NCBI RefSeq assembly: GCF_006345805.1
Contig: NC_043000.1
Coordinates: 44,268,001 to 44,332,000 of the forward strand
Direction of reading: 5' to 3'
Length of the DNA stretch: 64,000 bases
Source: Octopus sinensis
Taxonomy: Eukaryota
The notes under the pieces were generated by a model. It ran no database searches. It was not told the DNA's origin and worked only from the letters and a program-made list of their open reading frames with translations. The translations under genes were made by a program, and so were the position numbers. Position 1 is the first letter of the stretch. The number at the start of each line of letters is the position of its first letter. Of the stretch, positions 40,867-52,929 are shown piece after piece.

Positions 40867-42146
40867 CATTTCTTCTTTTTAGAACTCCAAACTTTCAATT
40901 TTGAGTGCTAACGGAACACTTACTTCAGCAATACACCGACTATGTTTCCCTTTGTGTATAATATTCAAACGGCTGTAGGGAATCTTGTATCTAAATATTT
41001 CGATAATATGTTAGAGAGATACATGTATTATCAAAGTAACGTGTAATAATAGCAAAATTCATAATGTTGTTATGTATAATTTTCATTCTGTAGTAAAATG
41101 CTATGTAGGAAAATGTTATTACCTATAGTAGTGACACTATTGCAAATCCAATATTTTACTAATGAACTATATGAAATACAGAGAAACTGTGAACTCAGTC
41201 TGACGAATGCTATGAAAGAGATATCAGATAGTTATTGTTGTGCCGAATAATCAAAGAATATGCAAAATAATTTTATAACAATTCACACATATATAGAAGC
41301 ATCTCTGGAAGTGATTTCTTTTAGCACACTACAATTTGTCAATGATACAAAATTAAACTGCACAAATAAGATTTTCAAAGCGAATCCACATAGTTTAGCT
41401 TTCTGAAATTAGCAGCCAAATCTATCGCAAATATCAGCTATATTATGTCTAAATATTCCTGTTATATGGAGAATATAGCCATTCATGAAAAAAATGCATT
41501 ACGGCTTCAGATACATTACATGTGACCATAGATCTAACCCATTAAAATTTATGTTTCCTTGCAAGACTAAAGAACACTTGTATAGCAAACACGAAACACA
41601 CCACAATATGCATTAATACGTGGCTAGTTTATTTGGATCACGTGTTTTAGCTGATGAGTTTGATTGCCGGATGAAACAATGCTGTGATGATTTTGAATAG
41701 GCAACTTCGTTACATGCTGCTCAACCCATTTGTTAACGTGTATCAGTGACAGCTGGGTGTTAACTCTTTAACGGATAGGCGTCTTATTTCAGAACAATTC
41801 CTACTACTGACAAGCGTTAAAATACCACCTTAAATATGTAAGTTGCAGCCTAACATCTCTATATAGTTTTCAAACTGTTTAAATAACATTAAATGTTCTA
41901 TTTCTATGGCATTTCACCAATTTATAATTATTTCCGAAATTGTGTTTTAACTCTTCATAAATCTCATCTTAGAGAAGTTCAATGTCATTTTGTATTACAT
42001 AGCTGATACAAGGATTGTATGTGAAATTTAGTACTGATATTACTTTAGAAGAAACTAATTAAAATCATAATGATGATAATTGTAAATTATATTAATCATT
42101 TTATGTATTTTTTTACCACAGAAATGTATTAGAGCTACATTTCATT

Positions 42147-42307
42147 AGGCATAGGAGTGGCTGTGTGGTAAGTAGCTTGCTTACGAACCACATGTTTCCG
42201 GGTTCAATCCCACTGCATGGCACCTTGGGCAAGTGCCTTCTTCTATATCCTCAGGCCGACCAATGCCTTGTGATTGGATTTGATAGACGGAAACTGAAAG
42301 AAATACG

Positions 42308-42357
<50 letters not shown>

Positions 42358-42566
42358 ATTTGTTCGTGTGTCTGTGTTTGTCCACCCACCATCACTTGAC
42401 AACCGATGTTGGTGTGTTTACGTCCCCGTAATTTAGTGGTTCGGCAAAAGAGGCTGATAGAATAAGTACTTGGCTTACAAAGAATAAGTCCTGGGGTCGA
42501 TTTGTTCGATTAAAGGCGGTGCTCCAGCATCGTCACATTCAAATTACTGAAACAATTAAAAGAGAA
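42147..42566 (+). mobile_element. tRNA-derived CORE-type SINE, full length
   Basis: aggcataggagtggctgtgtggtaag, ggttcaatcc, ggcaccttgggcaagtgcc; same family as 7693-8098. Confidence 0.9.
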
Positions 42567-44118
42567 AAACAGTAACAGAATTCTACTATAAATGTTTGCA
42601 TAATATACAGTTGTATGTACATAATTGACCTCAGAATTTCTTTCGTGACATTTTCTGCAAAAGCAAGCCAAAACTTGTGCAAGATATGAACAGAGCAGGT
42701 GACTTAAAATTCGTAATTTGCGATACAGCTAATATTTTGGCCCACACAGGAAATGGTATAGATAGACATGTTGAAACGCTGGCTTGTGTATATATTCCTG
42801 TCCAGTTAAATGTCATGAGATATAGTTATACCCTTACTGGAAATACTAGCAAATTAAATTGCCTATGATATAGCTAAAAAAGGAAATGTTATGTTACTTT
42901 TTGTCGATGTTATCTTCATTATTGTTGAAATGTTTTATGCAATGTGTATGCTATCTATATGCATATTGCCCGTTGTATCTGTCACCGAATACAATTCTTG
43001 CGCTTTCACGGTCATTCAGTCTAGTTGGCAACAATCTATCATTTCTACGCCTTCCCTCTATCTTTTTCTCTTAGACTCTCGTTCTATCTCCCCACTCTCT
43101 CTCACTCTCTCACTATGATGGTGTTTGATACTCGAACTGACTTCTCATCACTTACTCTTTCTGTCACTTAAAAAGGATAGTGATTGACAAGCTTTGTTTC
43201 TAAATAAACAATAACTTCTTGGATAGCTTTGCGTCAAGTATACTTGATACTGACGAATAGTAAAAATGCAATTTAAAATATGTGTAAAAATCTAAACGTA
43301 ACTTTTCTTTCTATTATAAGCAGTTATTTCAAGTATGAGGACATTGAAATATTGTCAAGAATAATAACGTAATTACTACAAAGTTTTTCTTCTTTCAAGT
43401 ATGGGATAAATAGATCGAAAATGCACTTATATAAAACTGTCACAAACTTTATTCGTACGGGATGGGTGAAGAAAGCAGTGTAGCCACACTGGCAATCTGT
43501 TTAAAACAAGAGATGTATAACTAAATACTGTAGCGTATTTCGGCAAGTATCCTACGGTATCTATGCGGATATGGTTCTCTGAGATAAGGGAAATAAGTTC
43601 ACTAATCTTTTTTTTTTCCTTCATATATTCTCATTAGAAATTTATGACACATATTATTCGGAACTAGTAAATAATAAATTGTTGAGTATTATGATAATCA
43701 ATTTCATGTATGATGAATCCATATAATTCAAACAATATGTATGGACGTTGCTTGCAAATTGTCATACTGTTTTATGTAAAATATCTATTTAAGTACGCAA
43801 ATAAACCAATTTTACTGAGGCTGTGAATCCATTATAAATTATATTCCGGAATAAATATTTTCTCGAAATTAACTTACCGATTGTTTATAATTCCATATAA
43901 ATATTTATTCCTTAGTTTAATGGCAGCAACAGTAGTATAAAGTCTGATAATTTTACATTTATATATGTAAGCAAACTAGCGTCCATTTAAACATACATCC
44001 CAAAATACACAGATGCACATGAATAACACTTACATTTATGGAGCTTTCAATCTATATACACTCAAACATACATGCATAAATGCATACATACATACATACA
44101 TATATACATAATACATAC

Positions 44119-44187
<69 letters not shown>

Positions 44188-44809
44188 TAAACGCATATAA
44201 GTGTTAATATGTTAAAGTCAAAGGAAGTTTATATATGAATTTATGCTAGTAAGTACATACATATATGTGTGGGGGAGTGAGAAGTGAAAGGCTGTATGTT
44301 TCAGGGAATAAGTACACATAGGTTATTGGCAAATAATATTAATTCTGTTTCCATATTTTCTTTAAGTATTTCTTAATAAGAATCCTCAAAAAAAAATCGA
44401 TAATTACACACCAAACCATACACAATTTGTTACTGTTTATTGGAGAATATCAGCAAAAATGCAGAAATTATAAAAGTCAGCATTTCTTATCTTCCTTAAA
44501 ACTGCTATATAATTTATTCATTGAAAATATTGTTTTCCTTCAATTTTCTTCCACAATTTGTATTATTTTGCAAACAAAATGAATACCAATAATCATGTTT
44601 GAATTCTGATGTTCCAATCTGAAGGGGAATTTGCTTCTATGTAATTGACAAGTTTCATGGTGGATACTCTTTTTTCTGAGATTTAAATTCACTGGAATAT
44701 TTGGATGCCTCTATATGAGCAAACCAATTTGCAGTCTAATACAGCAATAGAACCAATTATATCGTGCTATTAAAGAAGAAATGCATGTCGTACATAGCTG
44801 CAATCAAAG

Positions 44810-44811
<2 letters not shown>

Positions 44812-44882
<71 letters not shown>

Positions 44883-45071
44883 ATATTATTAATAATTATA
44901 GCTACAATAACAATAACAGCAATAACAATAATAACAACAACAATAATAATAATAATAATAATAATAATTATAGTAATAATAATAATAATTATTATTATTA
45001 TAATAATAATAACGATGATGATGATGATGTTAATAATAATAAGAATAAGAATAAGAAGAATTATAACGATG

Positions 45072-45131
<60 letters not shown>

Positions 45132-45152
45132 TAATAATAATAATAATAATAG
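44812..45152. repeat. (TTA)n switching to (AAT)n microsatellite
   Basis: Direct read; the orientation flips near 44878. Confidence 0.95.
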
Positions 45153-46140
45153 TAATCAAGTAGACTGCAAAAATGAATTATCGAACACAATTTGATTATC
45201 AAAACTACTGCAAAAAAGAATGGGCAGATGCAAATTCTAGCGCGATGGAGACCGAATCCCCTGAATGCACAGTATATACTTCGATTTCGAACTGCTGATG
45301 TAGGACAATCAACAACCCATCAGCATCAGAATGTTTCATATTGATGGCATATAACGAAAGCTTGTGCACAGAAAAAAAATACTACCAGGCTAACATTCTT
45401 CAAAACGGTTCTAACACTAAATGCAAATTCTGTGACACATTTGACGAAACAATACACCGTCTCGTCTTGGGATGTCCTGTTCTGACACCAAACGAATGTA
45501 AAAATCTCCACGATATTGTAGAACAGTAGTTACATTGGAAAATATGTAAATACTAAAAACTCAGCACTCCCGCTTACTGGTATGAGCACTATACGGAGGT
45601 AGTCGTTGAAGGTAACAATTTCACTATCCTCTGGGATATTCCACTCAACATTTACAAAATGAGTCTGGCTAATCGAGCATACATAATTATTAAAGAGGAG
45701 GAAGAAATGAATTGTAGACTAATAGATGTAAGTGTTCCTTCTGATAAATATATATCTGTCAATGAATTTGACAAACTAACTAAATATAAGTACCTGGAAA
45801 TTAAAATACAAAAGAGGTGGCATCTTAAAGCGAGAACTGTTCCTATTATTGTAGGTGTCCAAGGTACGTTTAGAAAGGGATGTCAGCAACATCTAGATAA
45901 GATCCCAGAAGCACCATGTCTCAGAGAAATTCAAAAGATTTTGCTGACAAGTACCGGACACATACTTAGAATAAGCCTCTCCATTTAAATGTCTGTATTG
46001 TATTACTTGAAAATATTTCACTAATACCACTCTTAAAGCGTCCAGACATACTGTAACATTTGTTATCCTTCACTGGACTCAAGACGTTGTTTGTATCTCG
46101 GCAAGTGATTGTAACTAAAATGAAGATTAAAAGCAAAAAT
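45153..46140 (+). mobile_element. 5'-truncated R4/Dong-like non-LTR retrotransposon, copy 1 (zinc knuckle + restriction-like endonuclease + 3' UTR)
   Basis: KCKFCDTFDETIHRLVLGCPVL...HD, LHWKIC, WYEH, ILWDIP, NR..I, LIDVSVP, KLTKY, VPIIVG, HILRISLSI*; followed by (AAT)n. Confidence 0.9.
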
Positions 46141-46165
46141 GACAACAACAATAATAATAATGATG

Positions 46166-46224
<59 letters not shown>

Positions 46225-46225
46225 G

Positions 46226-46303
<78 letters not shown>

Positions 46304-46306
<3 letters not shown>

Positions 46307-46950
46307 ACAAATAACTGTAGAATATGTAGTGATGTAGAAGAAACAATAAATCATATTGTCTCTTACTGCCCAGTGCTGACTAAGAAGGAATATATTCACA
46401 GATACGACAGATTTCGGACCTACATACACTGGAAGATATGCCAACACAATGGAATAACAAAAGAAAAAAGAAGGTACAGACACACCCCAGAAAAGTTCAC
46501 AGAAAATGAGAAAGCCACCGTACTCTAGAATATGCCAATACACACGGAAAAATGAAGGCCAATAAGCAGGAAATAGGTCATAGGGATCACCAAGACAGAA
46601 ATGTATTTTAATGATATGTATTGACACCAACTGGTGACAAGGTTTCTCTAAAAGCAAGGGAGGAATTTTCACAATACAAAGATCTGGAAATAGAGGTAAC
46701 TAAAAGCAGAAACAATTCCTATTTAGTAGGCGCATTAGATATGATAAAAAGACATTCAAAGAAATCCATAAAAAGCACCAGGGCTTACAAGTATATATAA
46801 CATACAAAAACTAACACTACTAGGTACTTCCCACATCCTACGTTAAACAATGTCAATACAGAGAAAATATGAGCATCACAACAAATCACAGCACATACCC
46901 AAGGCACTGTGATAAAAGTAGACCCGTGATAAAATAAGACTAGTGAATAA
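46304..46950 (+). mobile_element. 5'-truncated R4/Dong-like element, copy 2
   Basis: CRICSDVEETINHIVSYCPVLTKKEYIHRYDRFRTYIHWKICQH...TPEK..ENEKATVL; flanked by (AAT)n on both sides. Confidence 0.9.
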
Positions 46951-47028
46951 TAATAACAATAATAAAATAATAATAATAATAATATAATAATAATAATAAA
47001 ATAATAATAATAATAATATAATAATAAT

Positions 47029-47495
47029 AAGGAATATAGGAGACGCCACGGCAATATAAGGAATATAGGAGACGCCACGGCAATATAAGGAATATAAAAG
47101 ACGTCACGACATTATAGCCAGGTTTGTCCATTGGACACTTTGCAACAAGTATGGACTTGGCAGAGCAAAAGATTGGTACGACCACAAACTTGAAGGCATG
47201 GTCGAAAATAGAAATGCAAAGATCCTATGGGATTTTATGATTCAGTCGGACCATGAGATTGAGAATAGGAAGCCGGGCATATTCTTAATTCAAAAAGAAA
47301 ACAAACTATGCTAGCTCATAGACATAGCATGCCCAGCTGACAACAATATATGCGATAAGGAAGAAAATTCGACAGATATGACAGGTTAGCTTGGGAATTA
47401 AAGCATTTGTGGTCGATGAAAAAGGTAGCAGTAGTACCAATAATTATCGGATCCCTGGGAACAGTGAGCAAAAATTTCGAGAAGTACGTGGAAAA
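47029..47495 (+). mobile_element. R4/Dong-like fragment, copy 3
   Basis: KEYKRRHDIIARFVHWTLCNKYG..WYDHKLEGMVENRNAKILWDFMIQSDH..NRKPGI..LIDIACP; 3' end abuts the hAT relic. Confidence 0.85.
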
Positions 47496-49170
47496 AGTTG
47501 GGGCTCCCTAAACAGTGGAAATTTTCATGGGGGCCATTGAGCTTATTGCGGAGTGTGACCCAGTTTTACATGAATATTTAAACAAATGGACAAATGAAAA
47601 ATGAAATATTACTTACCTATCTAAATCTGTGTACGAAGAATTGATAGAAATCCTGGGAAAACATCTGAAAAAAGATGAAATGATGAATCAGATCAACAAC
47701 CCAGACATCAAATACTACTCAGTTATTGTTGACCCTAAACCTAAGATGACACATGTTGATCAGCTGGTAATTGTAATTCGATACTTTTATAATGGAAAAC
47801 CCTGTGAGAGATCGTTAGCATTTTTAACAAAAGAAAAACATTCATCAATGACCTTCAACAAAATAACAATTTCTGGGGTAGTATAATCTTTCACGGGAAA
47901 ATGTCCGTGGTAAGTCGTACGATAATGCTTCCAACATGATGGGCTCGGAGAAAGGGATGCAAGAACTTATTAAAAACATTAACAGATACGCAGACTATGT
48001 ATTCTGTGCAGGCCATGTACTCAACCTTGCTTGGTAAAAGGCAGTGTCTACAGTACCTGACGTTGTTGACTATTTTGGCATCTTGCAGCAACTGCATGTT
48101 ATCTTTTCTGAATCTCGTCGAAGATGGGGTATTTTAAACGTACAGAGCAATCTAGCATTTTCTCTAAAGGGCTTAAGTGTACCTAGATGGTTTTCACTCT
48201 ATGAAGCAGTTCGGGCAATTAAAAAGGGATATAGGGATATTTTACAAAGTCTCAAACATATGCTCGTAGAGTCAGAAGAGACGCCTGAACGTAAATGCAA
48301 AGAATTTATACCACAAGTTGGTAAAATTGTAATATGCTCTTTTAACATTTTTTTGTGAAGGAATTATGAAGTGTTTTAACATAACAAGTAAGAAACTCCA
48401 AATCCCTGGTTCTGATGTAATTGAAGGTTACCTTCTGCTTGCATCTTTGCTTTCATTTATAAAAGAGCTACGAGCAAATTCAGCCGACAGGATTGCACAC
48501 TGTGGATGAGTAGCAAAAGGTTTATGCGAATATATCACCACAACTTATTTTGATGTTCCCAAACGCAATGTTACAAAGAAATTTGCAGATGGGTCAAGTG
48601 GTAGGGCTTCTTTGAAAGGGGCTGAAAAATTTAGGATAGAAGTTCTAAGCAAATCTATGACTGCTTGATAATCCAGTTAAGCACGAAAATGGACCCATAT
48701 GAGCAGATTGCGAAAGGGTTCAAGTTTATCTCAGAATTGATGAAGAACTCGGAATTTGATGAGAACAGTATCAAACTTATAATATTGCGTTACAAAGACG
48801 ATATCGACCACAAATTAATAAATTAGTGTTACCAGTTCAGAGTGTAGTTACACCTTAGGAAATCTCAGAACACTGAAGAAAACGCACCATCCAAAATGCA
48901 ATGCACACAGTTTCTTCAGCTTATATATGAGCAACAGTTAATTGAAGTGTGCCCTAATATTACCACTGGACATAAGCTTTACTTGACAATGCCTATCACA
49001 GGCTATGAAGCAGAAATATGTTCGTCAAAGCTTTCCTATGTCAAGAATAAATTTCGATCTACCATAACTGAAAAGCGCTCAAATTACTTATGCATATTGT
49101 CTCTAGAAAATGGCATTGCAAGGAAGCTGTCATATGACAAAACTGTTGCGACAAAAACATGAAAAAGAGT
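47496..49170 (+). mobile_element. hAT (ZMYM1-like) transposase relic
   Basis: NSGIFMGAIELIAECDP, YLSKSVYEELIEILG, YYSVIVD...HVDQLVIVIRY, RRWGIL, SVPRWFSLYEAV, LYLTMPITGYEAE..SKLSYVKNKFRSTIT.KR.NYLCILSLE (dimerisation domain). Confidence 0.92.
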
Positions 49171-49249
49171 ATTTTGTAATTTTCATATGTATCTTAATGA
49201 TGCATCATGCATGAATAGAACGCTTCCCTGGAAAATATTTGTAGTGATC

Positions 49250-49840
49250 TGCCATAGAACAACCACATCAACAATGATATCGGTAATTACCCAAACCTTG
49301 TTTCTGGTGGAAAGAGGGCTCACATTCAGAATAGATTTTAAGGACTCCATGTTGCAACACCACCAATTGGGCTATCAGGGCCTCAAGTTGGATTTCCTTG
49401 CAAGGTCACAAAAATTCTTAGAACCTTGTCCGATGCGCTCTATTGCTGCTGGTTGTAAAGCCTCCCCACCATAAAAATGTTAAACGTCAGCGCTTCAATA
49501 TTGTAGATCCATCACTGCCTATAGGTACGATTTTTGGTGAGAACGCGCACAGCTTTTATACATTATTAATTCCAGAGGAAAGTTATTATTTAAAGGACCA
49601 GACGTTTTTGTGGGGCAATGAGATAATTTCATAAATCTTGGATTTATGTCGATATTGTTTCTGAAATTATTGTTATATGATCCAATTTCAATATGGCTAT
49701 TATTGAGGTCATCATTGTTGTTATTATAGATATTATTGTTTATGAAATTATTGTTATATGATCCATTTTCAATATGGCTATTATTGAGGCCATCAGTGTT
49801 GTTATTATAGATATTATTGATATTCTTTTGGATCATATTT
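49250..49840 (-). mobile_element. Decayed PLE endonuclease region with an Asn-rich linker
   Basis: Minus strand: Asn-rich stretch, then LSHCPTKTSGPLNNNFPLELIMYK, (Y)IGSDGSTILKR, GSKNFCDL. Confidence 0.6.
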
Positions 49841-51564
49841 TAGCATCACATTTTAGAAATATGTTATGAAATGCAATTTATAATTCAAATCAACATCGCA
49901 AGCGTATTACTTGATTTTTCGCTAAGTATTGAAAAGTCACATTACTTTTGTGCCACGGTTCATATAAACTAGACTCAGCTGTTTTATGATTTAAACGACA
50001 ATCAGTGGAAGTTCGAAAGTCTTAAAGATTTTGATGATTATTTTTGGTTTTGTTCAATTTCTAAGTTACTATATGTTTAAAATGAAAACGAGAATCACCC
50101 ACGCAGACCCCAGAATAAGTGATACAATTGAATAAGTTATGTGACTTCTGCAGAGTCACAAGACACCATATAGATATTAATGTTGTCACGTCTGTTTTCT
50201 TGTTCGTGGCATATTTTCAAAATGTACAAAAGAATGTCTGGCATGTAAAATTATATATAGGTCTTCAGTTAAGATCAGGAATTTTCATAGCAAAACTAAA
50301 ACTAAAAAAAAAAATATGCATACACATTTTAATGGTCTCTTTCAAGAAACGCTACCCACTATAAGCCAGGTAGTAAATATCGTAATTTATATTTATTAGA
50401 ACGTATGTAAATTGTAAATACTAAAAGCCAAATTAAAGAGCAGGAGGTATGACTTATCCATTGCTTCTATGAAAAATATTGCACATTTCCATATTTCAAA
50501 ATATCTCAATAAAATATTAGTAAAATGTATATCTTAAACAGTGTATATGTACGTATATGTACACATACTCTTGCATGTATTATGTGTGTATACGTATAGT
50601 GACGCATGAGCCTAAATATATATATGCATACATATATATCTGTATATATATATATATATATATATATACATACATACATACATACATATATATCTGTGTA
50701 TCTTTATGTGTGTATGTCTTTGTAGGTAAGTACATCTCTGTGCATATGTATGCACATCTGTCATGTAGTCTGTATATTGTTTACAACACAGGCTATTCCT
50801 TGTGTCTATCTTACATAAACACATGTTTGTGCATGTGTTTTAGTGTGTGTATAAGTCTGCATGCTAGTACATTTTCACATCCTTGAACCCGTTTATATAC
50901 ATGTATAATACCGCAAAACTAATGCATATTAGAGTGTATATTTATTTGTGTGTTGAAATATATGTGAGTTTGTGTGTGTGTGTGTGTGGTGTGTGTGTGT
51001 GTGTGTGTGTGTGTATGCCTGCGTTCGGGTGTGTGTAATGTATCACTATAGAAATATCACATGATTTTATACTTACGTCCTCTTAATTTACATATTCTCT
51101 TAGTAAACTACGATAGTTTTATATATTACATGTTTTAAAAACTACTTTCGTTTATGAAAACAACATTAGTAATTCTTCAAAATATATTTTTACGGCTAGT
51201 ATGTGTTTATATACATGTGCACATCTCAAAGTACTTATATCACATTTTATATACAATAAAAATATGAGTACGAATATGTACATGTGTAGACGTGTGCAAT
51301 TGCCGTTTTTATCTTTTGTTTTTTTTTACAAATGCGTCAAAGGTTACAAACATTTGTATAGCTACATTACTTTCCTCAATAGATCATGCTTTTAAACTGG
51401 TACTCCTTACGCAGTTTGATTATACTAACAATTTATCACCGTGTGTGATGATCTATGAAAATGCATATGCGTATATGTGCGTCTGTATATAATCCCCTCA
51501 TATATATAATACTGTAGCAAGAACTTCTTCTTTATTACACTGGTGTATATAGGTATATATATTT

Positions 51565-52524
51565 CGATAGGACCCACACCATTTCCAGATATCATCCCCC
51601 AAACCATGACACTTCCTCTACCGAATTTAACACTAGTCTTAAGGCATTTAGGTGGCAATTTTCCACCTACTTTTCAACGAACGTACCTTTTCCCATCTGA
51701 GCCAAATAACCTAAACTTAGATTCATCACTGAAATGCACAGGTTGCCATTTTTCTTGAGATCACAAGAACATGTTCGGTTGCAAAGGTAAGACGACACTT
51801 TTTATTTTTGGAGCTGATCAGTGGCTTCACTGCTGGTGATCTTGCTTGTAGGTTATGTTCAACTAAATGATGAGACAAGTTTTTTGAGATAACGTTTTCT
51901 TCAGTACAATGCTCCTTTCCCGAGAAACAGCATCAGCAACAGTTTTAAATCTGTCCTTTTAACCAACTTTACTATAGCACGATCTTCTCTCTTGGTCGTT
52001 TTTCCTGGCCTATCTGTAGACTTTCTTGCTTCACAGGAACCACAATCATCGAAGACCTTAAGAATACCCTGAACAACGCTTTTTGACTTGTTAACAATCT
52101 TTGCAATAGACCCAATACTTAAATTATCCTTCTTTCAAAGCTTAATAATCTGCCGACGAATTCATAACGGAGTAAGTGGCATTATATTAACAAAGTACAC
52201 TGCAGATATTCTTACTAATGTTTAGTAAACGAACCGTCACGTAAACAAATTCAAAACATTAGAGTTCGCCGGTTAAATATACTAAAACATGGAGTAAAAG
52301 CAACCGTTCTGATAATTTGGGCCGCCATGGGTTTTGCAGTAAATTACTAAATCATCCATACCTTTTGTATTATCCTCTCAATTTATACCAAAATCTCAGA
52401 CAATAACAATTAATATTGTATTTATTGTCTGTGAAAATTATAGAATATAAAACAAATTTGATAAAAACTTATACCTACTTTTCTGGCGAAAACAATGCCG
52501 TTCTGAACATTTTGGCCGCAACTG
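51565..52524 (-). mobile_element. Tc1-like transposon, 5' two-thirds
   Basis: TA-cagttgcggccaaaa TIR-like end at 52524. ATG at 52182 gives MPLTPL*IRRQIIKL...IAKIVNKSKSVV, then WQPVHFSDESKFRLFGSDGKRYV and KCLKTSVKFGRGSVMVWGMISGNGVGP. Confidence 0.92.
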
Positions 52525-52577
52525 TATATATATATATATCTCTATATATATATATATTCATATATACCTGTGTGTCC

Positions 52578-52630
<53 letters not shown>

Positions 52631-52634
52631 AATA

Positions 52635-52682
<48 letters not shown>

Positions 52683-52699
52683 TATATGTGTATAATACT

Positions 52700-52929
52700 T
52701 ATTTCTTTACTACCCACAAGGGGCTAAACACCGAGAGGACGAACAAGGACAGACAAACGGATTGGCGATTATATCGACCCCAGTGCGTAACTGGAACTTA
52801 TTTAATCGACCCCGAAAGGATGAAAGGCAAAGTCGACCTCGGCGGAATTTGAACTCAGAACGTAACGGCAGACGAAATACGGCTACGCATTTCGCCCGGC
52901 ACCCTAACGTTTCTGCCAGCCTGCCGCCT
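52700..52929 (-). mobile_element. tRNA-derived SINE of the second family (Meta/MESC-domain-like), well preserved
   Basis: Minus strand: aggcggcaggctggcagaaacgttag...gttctgagttcaaattccgccgaggtcgactttgcctttcatcctttcggggtcgattaaataagttccag. Confidence 0.88.

Noticed and set aside
42147-42225. tRNA-like A/B boxes (also 8020-8098 and 52850-52929)
   Set aside because: These are SINE heads continuing into SINE bodies, not tRNA genes.
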